A stretch of DNA of 64,000 bases from Minisyncoccota bacterium (GTDB lineage: Bacteria; Patescibacteriota; Minisyncoccia; Phycocordibacterales; Phycocordibacteraceae): NCBI GenBank assembly GCA_035627595.1, contig DASPLK010000002.1:160481-224480 (forward strand), written 5' to 3'. The translations under genes and the position numbers were made by a program. The notes beneath the pieces were generated by a model. The model ran no database searches. It saw nothing but the letters and a program-made list of their open reading frames with translations, and was not told where the DNA came from. This document shows, one piece after another, positions 36,261 through 48,457 of the stretch (positions are counted from its first letter, which is position 1; each line of letters opens with the position of its first letter).

Positions 36261-37151
36261 ATGCATTTTCCTCCCTTACGCCTCGCACTCCTGTCTATCC
36301 TCGTCCTTGCACTCATATTGGCAGCCTTTCTTGGATACCGCTGGTACATGACGAATCAGAATCTGAACGCGCAAGCTGCGCTGTTTGGATCTGAGCGCAC
36401 CGGCCTTCAGACGACGATCGCCGAGCTTGAACTTGGTCTTCGTGAGGCGTTTGCGAGCCGCGATGCGCTCTTGCGTGAGCTCCAAGCTGAGCGCGCCAAA
36501 ACTGGCGAGTTCGAGCGAACTCTAGATGGTATACAGGACACTGTCTCAACGCTCGAGAAACTTCAATATACGGATCCAGAGCTACTTGCCAAGTATTCCA
36601 AGGTCTACTTCTTGAGTGAGCACTACGCGCCGACCGATCTTGCGCGCATTCCAGACATGCACGTTGCTCCCGAGGGCCGCGTTCTTGAAGTGCACGCACG
36701 AGTGCTTCCGTACCTTGTGGAAATGTTTAAAGAGGCTGCTGAGGACGGCATCGAGCTACGCGCCGTATCGGCGTATAGGTCTTTCGGCACACAGGCAACG
36801 CTTAAATCAAACTACACGGTGGCATACGGAACTGGCGCAAACCGATTCTCAGCCGACCAGGGATACTCTGAGCACCAGCTAGGCACTACACTCGATCTCT
36901 CTACGAAAGAGCTCGGTACAGACTTTACTTCCATAGAGGGCACTGCTGCCTATACCTGGCTTACAGAGAATGCGCATCGATTTGGGTTCGTGCTCTCGTA
37001 TCCCAAGGACAACGCGTACTATCAGTACGAGCCATGGCACTGGCGCTACGTTGGCGAGCGTCTTGCACGTGACCTCCATGAGGAAGGTAGACATCTATAC
37101 GACCTGGACCAGAGGACACTAGACGAGTATCTCGTATACCTCTTCGATTAG
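36261..37151 (+). CDS. M15B (VanY-like) carboxypeptidase with TM and coiled coil
   Basis: SAYRS, SEHQLGTTLD, YEPWHWRYVG. Confidence 0.92.
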   Translation: MHFPPLRLALLSILVLALILAAFLGYRWYMTNQNLNAQAALFGSERTGLQTTIAELELGLREAFASRDALLRELQAERAKTGEFERTLDGIQDTVSTLEKLQYTDPELLAKYSKVYFLSEHYAPTDLARIPDMHVAPEGRVLEVHARVLPYLVEMFKEAAEDGIELRAVSAYRSFGTQATLKSNYTVAYGTGANRFSADQGYSEHQLGTTLDLSTKELGTDFTSIEGTAAYTWLTENAHRFGFVLSYPKDNAYYQYEPWHWRYVGERLARDLHEEGRHLYDLDQRTLDEYLVYLFD

Positions 37152-37182
37152 AAAAAGCGCCCGGATATCCGGGCGCTTTTTC
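37151..37182. terminator. Bidirectional terminator
   Basis: Perfect 32-nt palindrome gaaaaagcgcccggatatccgggcgctttttc. Confidence 0.9.
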
Positions 37183-37190
37183 GTTTATGA

Positions 37191-37397
37191 CTACTGCCCT
37201 GCTCCACCTGCGCCGACATTAACGTCGACCTGCTCAGGCACGCTTATAGCAGGGGCGCCTCCGCCTCCTAGGTTACTGAGGGCGGGGATACCGAAAAGAA
37301 GCGCGAGGATAACGATAAGACCGATGATGACTGCGAGGCCCCATCCAGCGCCAGAGGAAGAGGAATCTGTGTTCGGGTTGTTTATGACAGTTGCCAT
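37191..37397 (-). CDS. Small single-pass membrane protein
   Basis: MATVINNP, TM helix, ISVPEQVDVNV; ends at terminator. Confidence 0.8.
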   Translation of the reverse strand: MATVINNPNTDSSSSGAGWGLAVIIGLIVILALLFGIPALSNLGGGGAPAISVPEQVDVNVGAGGAGQ

Positions 37398-37490
37398 ACG
37401 TATTACTGGTTGTGAGTGATAACAAGCATATTAAACGCTTGTAACGCTAAAGGCTTGGTGAAGTTCTGTAACGAAAAACGGCCGCTTTCT

Positions 37491-38684
37491 TTATGGAAGC
37501 ACTTTCCACATCTTGGAATCTGCTCCTCCGTCTATCTTGAATATTGCGACGCCCTTTATACCCAAGGATTCAGCAAGTTCCACCTTCTCCTCAATGGCGC
37601 CGGCATCGTGCCACCACATGACATTAACGACAGCTGGCTTTCCTGTTGCCTTGGCATGCGCCTTTGCCTGCTCGATAGGCAGTTCAGCCTTAGACACTCC
37701 TCTGTCAACTTTTGCCTTGGTTTTGTACGCTGCGGAATCCTTAGGGATGTACGCGAGACGCATCTCTCCATGTGCCGCACGTGCAGCTGTCGCCTTCATC
37801 TTTTTGGCGGTGTCTTTTGCGTAAACTGGGTTTAAAGACCAGAGCTTCTTGTACTCCATGTATCCACTAGGATGGACGGTAATCGCGTACTCATGGCCAT
37901 AGGTAGGAACACCCATAACGAGCTTATCGCGATCAATATCCTTAGCTGCCAGTTCCATCACCTTCTTAACCCACGCCTTGTCTGAAAGCGGTGCGTACGG
38001 CTTCGGGTTGGCGTCATTCAACTTCCAGTCTGCAGTCTGCTGGTCATACGCCATCATGCGCACTTGATCACAATACTTATTGATCTCTTTAAAATCGTTT
38101 GCGTATTCAATCGTCGCAGGCACGGTGCGGTATACAGAGTCTGGCGGTGTGCGCGCCTCAATGGTGCAGGAGAGCTCCTTATCACCAAGAGCAGCATCAA
38201 GCTCCTTTAGGAAGAGCGAGAAGTACGGACGGGTCGCTGCTGACTTATTTTCGTAATCGATATCTACACCATCGAAATCGCCATCCTCTGCCATTCTGGC
38301 GACATGCTCTACATGCCTTGCTCGAAGCGAAGGACTCATGAGGATGCGCTCGATATTCGCGCGGTCGCTCCACATAACGGTTGGAATAACCGCGACGTCC
38401 TTCTTCTCAGCATCCCTAAAGAGCTTCTTCCACGATGAGGAGGTGAGCTTAGCAGTATCTGCAAGAGAACCATCACTCTTAACGCTGTATGCGAAGGGGT
38501 TGATTTCGTCGAGTTTCGAGAGGTTCTTGGATGCTTCCTTGATACCCTTAGCGCTTGCCCAGTATGGTATCCAGCCAGAAACGGTAAGGTCAGCAGCCTC
38601 AACTTTCACAGGAGTAATACTGGTAATAAACAATGCAGCCAAAAAGACTGCCATAAGCGTTGTATTTCGGTAAAGAGCCTTCAT
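37491..38684 (-). CDS. Secreted glycoside hydrolase family 18
   Basis: Signal peptide; FDGVDIDYE; MMAYDQ; MGVPTYG. Confidence 0.92.
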   Translation of the reverse strand: MKALYRNTTLMAVFLAALFITSITPVKVEAADLTVSGWIPYWASAKGIKEASKNLSKLDEINPFAYSVKSDGSLADTAKLTSSSWKKLFRDAEKKDVAVIPTVMWSDRANIERILMSPSLRARHVEHVARMAEDGDFDGVDIDYENKSAATRPYFSLFLKELDAALGDKELSCTIEARTPPDSVYRTVPATIEYANDFKEINKYCDQVRMMAYDQQTADWKLNDANPKPYAPLSDKAWVKKVMELAAKDIDRDKLVMGVPTYGHEYAITVHPSGYMEYKKLWSLNPVYAKDTAKKMKATAARAAHGEMRLAYIPKDSAAYKTKAKVDRGVSKAELPIEQAKAHAKATGKPAVVNVMWWHDAGAIEEKVELAESLGIKGVAIFKIDGGADSKMWKVLP

Positions 38685-38724
38685 ATGTATGTAGTCTACT
38701 AAACTTCATCTTATGCCCCAATAG

Positions 38725-38760
38725 AAACATGAAGCCCCCGTTTCCGGGGGCTTCATGTTT
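38725..38760 (-). terminator. Intrinsic terminator
   Basis: aaacatgaagccccc/gggggcttcatgttt. Confidence 0.85.
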
Positions 38761-38764
38761 GACG

Positions 38765-39412
38765 CTAAATGCGGGCAAGCTCAGTATTACCTTCAATGAG
38801 GTTAACCAGTTCGGCCTGGGTCTTGGGAACATTCTTTATGTCCACCTTACCCACAACCTTCACGGTTACCTGGTCGCAAGCGCCAAGCGCAATGCCTGGA
38901 TTCACCATACGACCGCCATCTACGGCGACGGTCTTGCCGGCTGGCATGAGAACGTCGACGTGGTTAACGATTCGAGCGTTCATAGTGTCTGCGATAACGC
39001 GATACCCGATAAGGTCCTCCACTTTGCTGTAACCACAGCGCGGGGTGTCCTTGGCGGTTCGCGAGATCGCGACGACCGTACCGAAAGGAAGTTTCGCGGC
39101 AAGGTCGCGGGACCGTGCGGCAACAACCTCGGGGTTGCTGTACGCACCGCTGGCGGTCGTAAACGGATCTGCATCCGTCTGGCCCGGGACAGCGTTGTAC
39201 GCGGTCATCTTCACTGTGTAGGTCTGCTTTGCTGGTTCAGGATTCCGTACTGCGACCTTTGCACTCGGAGCTGTAGGCAACGAGAGCGCGGTCGCCGTAC
39301 CCACCTCTTGGCTCGGCCCAGGGATTATCTGGTCGGCTTCGGTAGGAATCGGCGCAGCGACGCTACTGGATAAAACAAACGCCCCTATCAGGGCTATTGG
39401 AATTAAATGCAT
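38765..39412 (-). CDS. Secreted 3D-domain protein
   Basis: MTAYNAVPGQTDADPFTTASG, LPFGT, IADTMNAR...VDVLM; TTGACA-17-TAAGAT upstream. Confidence 0.85.
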   Translation of the reverse strand: MHLIPIALIGAFVLSSSVAAPIPTEADQIIPGPSQEVGTATALSLPTAPSAKVAVRNPEPAKQTYTVKMTAYNAVPGQTDADPFTTASGAYSNPEVVAARSRDLAAKLPFGTVVAISRTAKDTPRCGYSKVEDLIGYRVIADTMNARIVNHVDVLMPAGKTVAVDGGRMVNPGIALGACDQVTVKVVGKVDIKNVPKTQAELVNLIEGNTELARI

Positions 39413-39565
39413 AGTTGCGAATTAGCTTGCGCCTCTTCGCGAGAAGTATCTTAGCACGTCAAGCACTTACTTGTCAACCATTTTGATGGCTTATTTGCGT
39501 AGTCTAGTATATGAAAAACCTTGTAAATAGGCCATATTTTAATAAATATGAAGGACCTATGACGA

Positions 39566-42457
39566 CTAGGAAAACACTAGGTTTAAAATGCGTCCTGGGA
39601 CGTATACGACGCGGCTCGGGTCGCTACTTGCGAAAAGTTCTGCTACTGCAGGAATGGTGTGTGCGGCAGCGATCGCATCCTCCTCAGAAGCATCTTCCGG
39701 GAGCTGTATCTCTCCTTTTCGCTTTCCTGAAACTTGTACGATGACTGTCTTGAGCTCTCCCTTTAGCAGATCAAGATCTGCTTCTGGCCACGAGGTCATA
39801 TGGATGCTCCCCGCGCCCTTGGTAATACCGAAAAGGTGCTCAGCCAAGTGTGGCGCAAGTGGCGCAAGGAGAATAAGATACTGATGGAATACTGGGCGCG
39901 GCACCTCTGTGAGCGCTTCAAGATCCTTAAGAAAGACCATGAGCGCGGATATCGCGGTGTTGTATTTCATCCGCTCGAGATCGCTGCCCACTTTCTCGAT
40001 TGTTTTTGCAAGAGAGCGGCGAAGCTCCTCTGTTGCTTCCACATCCCGTACTCGTTCAGAAACGGTAACAATTCGGTCAAGGAAGCGGCGCATGCTATGC
40101 ACGCCGTCTAGATTCCATGGATAACTGCCCGGTTCATTGTAGGGACCGATGAACGAGAGATAGAGGCGGACAGCATCAGCTCCATAGCGCTCAACAAACT
40201 CATCGGGATTCACTACGTTGCCCTTTGATTTACTCATTTTCTGTCCGTCTGGACCGAGAATTATGCCCCGGTTGTTACGTTCATTGAATGGCTCATCGTG
40301 TGGCACGAGCGCAAGGTCATAGAGCGCCTTATGGAAGAAGCGAGAATACAATAAGTGCATTGTCGTATGCTCTGAGCCTCCTGAATAGCGATCTACGGGG
40401 AGCCACTGGCGCATAAGTCCTGCATCAGAGAAATCGTTCTCGTCCTTAGGATCAAGATATCGATAGAAATACCACGAGGAGTCGACGAACGTGTCGAGCG
40501 TGTCGTACTCAGGAGTCCACCCTTCTCCATACAAGCGCTCTACACGCTCCTTGAGCTCCTTAGAAGTTCGAAGCGGTGATCCATCGCTGCTCAATGAGAA
40601 GTCGACATCTGTCGGGAGCATCCACGGTAGATGATCAGGAGATACTGAGTGCGGTTTCCCATCCGGGTCGTAAACAACAGGAATAGGGCATCCCCAGTAC
40701 CGCTGGCGCGATACGAGCCAGTCTCGAAGACGGTAATTAGTCGTCCGCTCGCCGCCAATCGCTTCTACGATATCCCACTTCGCCTCTTCGCTATCTCGCC
40801 CGGAGAAAGCGCCAGAATCTATGAGAGCGCCGCTCTCCGTAAACGCGCTATCACCCTCGTGAATACGCTTCCAGAGGTAATCGAACTCAGCATGCTGCAT
40901 ATGGAGAGCCTCGATCTCCTCCTTAGTGCGCCAGACGACCTCATGTGTTGCTTCCTCCTCAGCCGCAACCTCAGTCCTCGCTTCACTCTTTAGAGAAAAG
41001 AGGAAGCAGCGATTTCGTGCCACACGGTTAACGCCCTTATGCGCCGCATAGAATTCACTCTGAGTTTGTCCAAGGTAACGTACGAGTTCAAGGTCTGTAT
41101 AGCCTGTCTCCTCCTTGATCTCCCGAAGCGCGGTCGCAAGTGCTTCCTCACCCTCGTCCATGCCGCCGGTTATAAACGTGACCCAAGGTTGTTCTTTCCA
41201 ATCAAGCGTAAGGTATCGGTTCGTCGCAGGGTTGTGCACGATCGAGAGGGTCACATCTCGCCCCACCTCCTCCTTACCCTCTTGTGGAGGGTTTGTATTG
41301 TCTGTAACGCGCGGTGCAACAACCTGGCGCACCGGCAGACCATGTAGCTTTGCAAATTCAAAGTCTCGCTCGTCATGCGCCGGCACAGCCATGACTGCTC
41401 CCGAGCCATAAGACCCGAGCACATAATCTGCTATGTAAACAGGAATTTCCTCTCCCGTTGCTGGATTGAGAGCCATGATGCCATCGATCCGCACGCCAGT
41501 TTTCTCCTTATTCTCTTGTCTCTCGCGCTCGGTCTTTCGTTTTGTTACCTCTACATACTTTGCAATCTCATCCTTATTGAAGGCAACATCATCATGCTCT
41601 GTGTCCCATATAGCGCGCACCCACTGATGCTCTGGTGCAAGAACGACATAGGTTGCGCCAAAGACCGTGTCAGGTCGCGTAGTAAATACAGTGATGCCTG
41701 CAGGCTTGCCATCCGGGTCGCGCCAATCGTTTTGCGTAGGGTCTTTCTTGAACGAAAGCGGGAAGGTAATCTTCGCTCCTTCGGACTTCCCGATCCATGC
41801 GCGCTGAGCATCCTTTATCTCTTCTCGCCATGGGAGCGGATCTAGATCCGCCAAAAGGCGCTCTGCGTAGTCAGTAATTCTCAAGAACCACTGGGTAAGG
41901 CGCCTTTCCTCTACCTCGGTGCCGCAGCGCTCACAGGCGCCGTCAATAACCTGCTCGTTGGCGAGGACGGTCTGGTCCTTTGGACACCACTTGACGGGCG
42001 CTTCCTTGCGTTCGGCAAGCCCGTGCTCGTAGAGTTTCAGGAAAAGCCACTGCGTCCACTTGTAGAATTCAGGGTCAGAGGTAGCGATCTCTTTAGACCA
42101 GTCGACTGCTGTGCCCATCGAACGTATCTGAGCACGCATGCGCTCCATGTTCTCGTATGTCCAGGTCTTCGGGTCAGCACCGCGCTTTATGGCCGCATTC
42201 TCGGCAGGAAGACCAAAGGAATCGAAGCCAATCGGGAAAAGCACATCCTTGCCCTCCAGGCGCTTGTAGCGAGCGAATATGTCCGTAAGCGCAAAGGCGT
42301 ACCAATGACCTATGTGGAGGTCGCCCGAAGGATATGGGAACTCAAAGAGAACATAGTACGGATCCTTAGCCGCATGCAAATCGGCTTCGTACAGTCGAAG
42401 GGATTCCCATTTCTCCTGGGCCTGTGCCTCTACCTGCTTGTGGTCGTAGCCCGCCAT
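39566..42457 (-). CDS. leuS: Leucine--tRNA ligase with inserted NUDIX domain
   Basis: FPYPSG.LHIGH, FTTRPDT, GAVMAVPAHDERD, SRQRYWG, KMSKS; NUDIX box GGMDEGE....ALREIKEETG. Confidence 0.97.
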   Translation of the reverse strand: MAGYDHKQVEAQAQEKWESLRLYEADLHAAKDPYYVLFEFPYPSGDLHIGHWYAFALTDIFARYKRLEGKDVLFPIGFDSFGLPAENAAIKRGADPKTWTYENMERMRAQIRSMGTAVDWSKEIATSDPEFYKWTQWLFLKLYEHGLAERKEAPVKWCPKDQTVLANEQVIDGACERCGTEVEERRLTQWFLRITDYAERLLADLDPLPWREEIKDAQRAWIGKSEGAKITFPLSFKKDPTQNDWRDPDGKPAGITVFTTRPDTVFGATYVVLAPEHQWVRAIWDTEHDDVAFNKDEIAKYVEVTKRKTERERQENKEKTGVRIDGIMALNPATGEEIPVYIADYVLGSYGSGAVMAVPAHDERDFEFAKLHGLPVRQVVAPRVTDNTNPPQEGKEEVGRDVTLSIVHNPATNRYLTLDWKEQPWVTFITGGMDEGEEALATALREIKEETGYTDLELVRYLGQTQSEFYAAHKGVNRVARNRCFLFSLKSEARTEVAAEEEATHEVVWRTKEEIEALHMQHAEFDYLWKRIHEGDSAFTESGALIDSGAFSGRDSEEAKWDIVEAIGGERTTNYRLRDWLVSRQRYWGCPIPVVYDPDGKPHSVSPDHLPWMLPTDVDFSLSSDGSPLRTSKELKERVERLYGEGWTPEYDTLDTFVDSSWYFYRYLDPKDENDFSDAGLMRQWLPVDRYSGGSEHTTMHLLYSRFFHKALYDLALVPHDEPFNERNNRGIILGPDGQKMSKSKGNVVNPDEFVERYGADAVRLYLSFIGPYNEPGSYPWNLDGVHSMRRFLDRIVTVSERVRDVEATEELRRSLAKTIEKVGSDLERMKYNTAISALMVFLKDLEALTEVPRPVFHQYLILLAPLAPHLAEHLFGITKGAGSIHMTSWPEADLDLLKGELKTVIVQVSGKRKGEIQLPEDASEEDAIAAAHTIPAVAELFASSDPSRVVYVPGRILNLVFS

Positions 42458-42463
42458 AGGTCT

Positions 42464-43414
42464 CTAGAGTGGCTTAGCGTACGGAGGATAGAGCTCGGGA
42501 TCAATAGTGCGCTCAAAGCATACTTCGCCCGTACCATGTACCCAGTTGTCGCTTATGCCGCGGGATGGATAGGATGCATCCCGCATAGAGTACTCGCCCT
42601 GTCCCCGTGTATCTATCGAATCTCGCCTGAATGTTCCGCAAAGCACGAAAGACGTACCGCTAGTTACGCGGTATTCATATGAGGCACCAGTTTCAGGATC
42701 AGCTGGGACGGTGAATCCGGAAATAGGATCACTAAGCTGGTCGATACTCTCAGGCAATTCCTGCTTCTGCTGGTAGTAGTACACAAGCTGTCCTTGGATA
42801 GACTGCAGGTCCTGCACTTTCTGCGCATCAAGACGCTGGAGGCGCATATCAGTTGGAGTGCCGATAATGTAGAAGCCAGCAAGTACCACTAGGAAATTAA
42901 GCACGATCATTGCAATGGCAACCGCGTGCGCTTTCTTCTCATAGCGAAGCCAGTATCCCCAACGCTCAGCCAGGAAGTGGAGGAACAGCCCAATGCCGAC
43001 CAAGAGAACCGCAAGAACCTTAAGCGCGAAGCGGACGGTTACTTCCCCGCCAAGGAATGTTGTAACCAAGGTGACCAAGTCGATGGCAACTACGAACCCT
43101 GCAAGGAAAAGCGTGAGCACAATAGCCCACCTTCTAACCCAGATGTGCTCCTTGCCCGGCTCCCTACGAATGCTATTTCTGACGAGATACACGAGGAGCG
43201 TCGTAAGCGGCACAAACACGATCAGAGTCGCCATAGAGACATGCGCTCCTGATGCTAGCGGATCGGCATACCCGGCGAGCTGGTCCGGAAAACTCCGGTT
43301 AATGTATTCAAACAAAAGTGCCAACAGCGCTATGACGCTTCCGTAAACGCCGATAATGATGCCGAGCCAGAGAAAGAAATCTTTGGCCGTTACTGGTGTG
43401 CGTACTGGTTCCAT
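42464..43414 (-). CDS. DUF5671-type membrane protein
   Basis: KDFFLWLG, RRWAIVLTLF, DLVTLV..FLGGE.T.RF.LK; soluble C-terminal domain with Cys pair. Confidence 0.8.
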   Translation of the reverse strand: MEPVRTPVTAKDFFLWLGIIIGVYGSVIALLALLFEYINRSFPDQLAGYADPLASGAHVSMATLIVFVPLTTLLVYLVRNSIRREPGKEHIWVRRWAIVLTLFLAGFVVAIDLVTLVTTFLGGEVTVRFALKVLAVLLVGIGLFLHFLAERWGYWLRYEKKAHAVAIAMIVLNFLVVLAGFYIIGTPTDMRLQRLDAQKVQDLQSIQGQLVYYYQQKQELPESIDQLSDPISGFTVPADPETGASYEYRVTSGTSFVLCGTFRRDSIDTRGQGEYSMRDASYPSRGISDNWVHGTGEVCFERTIDPELYPPYAKPL

Positions 43415-43441
43415 ATGAATTTAGTATACCGCTTTGCCGGT

Positions 43442-44536
43442 CTAGGAATGGAGGAAGACCATCACATCGCCGTCAGCGACAATATAGGTCTTTCCCTCTG
43501 TCCTAATGTCTCCCTTGTCACGCGCAGCGCTCCAAGATCCGTCCTGTATGAGCTTATCCCAAGCAACAACTTCTGCTCGTATGAACTTATCCTTGAAATC
43601 TGTATGGATAGCAGCGCCAGCCTCAGGAGCACTGGCACCCTGAGCAATAGTCCATGCGCGCGTTTCCTTTGGACCGGTCGTGAAGAATGTAATGAGTCCA
43701 AGCGTCTCGTATGCGCCCTTGATGAGAGCATCGAGCCCATCTACCTGCACGCCAAGCTCCGAACGAAACATATCTTTGTCCTCATCCGCCACGTCGTTAA
43801 GCTCATGCTCGGTGACGGCATCTACCTCCACATAGTGTGAACCGAGTGATTCGATCAGATCGTACGCAGCCTGTGCGCGACCGTCGTTTGTTTCAGAAAT
43901 ATTATGCCCGCCACTCTTGCCGTTAAGCGCGTAGAGAATGGGCTTTAGGGTGAGGAGGTTGAGCGACTTAATGCGTTTGGTTTCCTCAGGCGTAAGTTCC
44001 GCCATACGCGCAAGCTTGCCTGCCAGAAGCACTTGCTCAACTTTCTGTAGTATCGCTTCCTCAGCAACTGCGTCCTTAAGTCCTGCGCGTATATCGCGTA
44101 CTAAACGCTCGCGGCGACTAGATACCTGCTGTTGGTCGGCAAGAATAAGCTCAAGGTTGATAACCTCAATATCCCGAACTGGATCGACTTCGCCATGCAC
44201 GTGGGTAACATCGGGATCATCGAAAAAGCGCACCATTTGAAGTATCGCGTCGACTTCGCGGATGTTGGAGAGGAATTGGTTGCCAAGACCCTCTCCTTCA
44301 GAGGCACCCTTAACCAGTCCTGCAATATCGACGAACTCGATGGCTGCCGGGACCACCTTCTCGCTGTTGGAAAGCTCTGCAAGCCTAGTAAGGCGCTCGT
44401 CAGGCACCCCAACGACGCCCACGGAAGGGTCTATGGTACAGAAGGGGTAGTTCTCTGCGGGGACCGCAGCCTTAGTAAGCGCATTAAATAGAGTAGACTT
44501 CCCGACGTTCGGGAGTCCGACGATGCCGATCTTCAT
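43442..44536 (-). CDS. ychF: Ribosome-binding ATPase YchF
   Basis: [46 protein letters not shown]. Confidence 0.98.
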   Translation of the reverse strand: MKIGIVGLPNVGKSTLFNALTKAAVPAENYPFCTIDPSVGVVGVPDERLTRLAELSNSEKVVPAAIEFVDIAGLVKGASEGEGLGNQFLSNIREVDAILQMVRFFDDPDVTHVHGEVDPVRDIEVINLELILADQQQVSSRRERLVRDIRAGLKDAVAEEAILQKVEQVLLAGKLARMAELTPEETKRIKSLNLLTLKPILYALNGKSGGHNISETNDGRAQAAYDLIESLGSHYVEVDAVTEHELNDVADEDKDMFRSELGVQVDGLDALIKGAYETLGLITFFTTGPKETRAWTIAQGASAPEAGAAIHTDFKDKFIRAEVVAWDKLIQDGSWSAARDKGDIRTEGKTYIVADGDVMVFLHS

Positions 44537-44650
44537 AGTGATACCCTAACGGAGTACTGTCCAAAAAGCAAAGAGACCAGCTCCAATCTTTGACGAGAGA
44601 GTCACTCCATGGCAGTATGCAGTCTGGTCAACCAAGGAGGGATTTTGACC

Positions 44651-44869
44651 ATGCAACGGCAACTGCTCTTTTATACCGGCATTGGATTGGCTCTGGTATT
44701 GATGTTTATCGTACCAAGCCTGTTTTACATCCTCGCCGGCCGCGCGAATTTCGAATGGACGTTGTTTGGGCTCATATCCAGCAACATACCGTCAATCGCA
44801 GGCACCCTGATGATCGTGAGCCTGATCTTCTTCAGGACTTACATATTGGGGGCGCCCAGGAAGCACTAG
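44651..44869 (+). CDS. Orphan two-helix membrane protein (72 aa)
   Basis: AAGGAGG SD; TTGACG-17-CAGTAT promoter; downstream hairpin. Confidence 0.72.
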   Translation: MQRQLLFYTGIGLALVLMFIVPSLFYILAGRANFEWTLFGLISSNIPSIAGTLMIVSLIFFRTYILGAPRKH

Positions 44870-44876
44870 CTTCCGT

Positions 44877-44938
44877 AAAACGCCTCGTACCGCACTCGGT
44901 ACATATACACACACCTCGTATGGATACGAGGCGTTTTT
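44877..44938. terminator. Bidirectional terminator with long loop
   Basis: aaaacgcctcgta...tacgaggcgtttt; an internal second cctcgta gives an alternative short stem. Confidence 0.7.
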
Positions 44939-44950
44939 AATTTATACGCA

Positions 44951-45523
44951 CTACATTCCTGCCCGAGCGAGTGATCGAATTTGCTTTATCCGAGTAGCCT
45001 TTGCCTTTTCGGAAAGATTCTCCGAATTTCCGATCTCTGTCATGCGGACCCTAAGACCAGAGAAACCTAAAGTAGCGTGCGATATCTCGTTTGTATGGTC
45101 TCCAAATAGAAGACGAATACTCCACGGGTGCATCTTTGACAGCGCAATTACGCGCGCGGTGCGCCCCTTCAATAGCTTGTCCCAACCACGCTTATCCGCA
45201 TGGAACTTAAATGCAAATCCCGGGAGCCACATGCGATCGAACATGCCCTTGACCAGAGCGGGCGTAGCGCTCCACCACACCGGATACACAAATACAAAAT
45301 GGTCGCACCAGCGAAGATTCTCCTGAATTTGCTTCAGATCCGGCTCAAGCTCTTGGATGGTGCGGTATCCCTTATGAAGAATAGGGTCGAATTGGAGGTC
45401 GCCAATATTCATACGGCGCACGTCATGTCCGACTGCCTTAGCGGTCTCCTCATACGCAGACGCGATCTCTCCGGATAGCGTTCCGGAATCTGGGTGCCCG
45501 AGAAGGATGAATATTTTCTTCAT
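44951..45523 (-). CDS. Flavodoxin-fold NAD(P)H:quinone oxidoreductase
   Basis: ILLGHPD, YPVWWSATPALVKGMFDR.WLPGFAF, LLKGRTAR. Confidence 0.92.
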   Translation of the reverse strand: MKKIFILLGHPDSGTLSGEIASAYEETAKAVGHDVRRMNIGDLQFDPILHKGYRTIQELEPDLKQIQENLRWCDHFVFVYPVWWSATPALVKGMFDRMWLPGFAFKFHADKRGWDKLLKGRTARVIALSKMHPWSIRLLFGDHTNEISHATLGFSGLRVRMTEIGNSENLSEKAKATRIKQIRSLARAGM

Positions 45524-45527
45524 GTGC

Positions 45528-45758
45528 CTAGCGCATCAAGTCCTGAAGTTCAGCGCGATACTTCTTCATGACCTCCATGGTCGCTTTCATCTGGTTCTCG
45601 CCACCCTTCTTAACCCTGCGATCAATCTCTTCGCCTATCTTCTTGAAGAGCTCAGGGTTCTTCTGTACCAGGTTCATTATCTGCTCCTGCTGCTCTTTGG
45701 GAACATCCTTCATTTTTGCGCGCATCACCTGGCGCAGTACGAAATCTTGAATTGCCAT
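45528..45758 (-). CDS. Small helical hypothetical protein
   Basis: MKDVPKEQQEQI..LVQKNPELFKKI; TATACT 8 nt before ATG. Confidence 0.8.
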   Translation of the reverse strand: MAIQDFVLRQVMRAKMKDVPKEQQEQIMNLVQKNPELFKKIGEEIDRRVKKGGENQMKATMEVMKKYRAELQDLMR

Positions 45759-45820
45759 ATGCTGGCAGTATAGCGTACGACACGCCAATTCCGAACGGCG
45801 AAGTTATGTGTAGTGCAAAA

Positions 45821-45854
45821 AGACACGCCCCGGAACAGCGTCCGGGGCGTGTCT
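45821..45854 (-). terminator. Terminator of atp operon
   Basis: 14-bp stem agacacgccccgga/tccggggcgtgtct with U-run on minus strand. Confidence 0.88.
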
Positions 45855-45875
45855 GAAACTTTCTTCGCTAGGCTG

Positions 45876-46124
45876 CTACAGAAGTACCGTTGCTTGATTT
45901 GATGAAACCTCGGCAATTCCGGTGCCCGTCAGTGTTATCGCACGCTTCTCGCCGTCTGCTGCCTCGATGCGAATCTGCCCCTCTTTAAGCGGAGAAACGA
46001 AGGCTTCGTGATTAGCAAGCACGGTAAAGACACCCTCCGCACCAGGAAGCGTGACGGATATCGCCTCTCCATCGAAGAGGTTCTCTCCTACTTTCGCTAC
46101 GGTGAGATGGAAGGTCTTTGCCAT
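45876..46124 (-). CDS. atpC: ATP synthase epsilon, N-terminal domain only
   Basis: LPGAEGVFTVLANH..FVSPL..G; last gene of operon; 82 aa. Confidence 0.9.
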   Translation of the reverse strand: MAKTFHLTVAKVGENLFDGEAISVTLPGAEGVFTVLANHEAFVSPLKEGQIRIEAADGEKRAITLTGTGIAEVSSNQATVLL

Positions 46125-46125
46125 A

Positions 46126-48439
<2,314 letters not shown>

Positions 48440-48457
48440 AGAAGATGCGTGATGCCG

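Noticed and set aside
26155-39412. Integrative element at tRNA-Asn
   Set aside because: Accessory content, but no integrase, transposase or duplicated tRNA 3' end seen.
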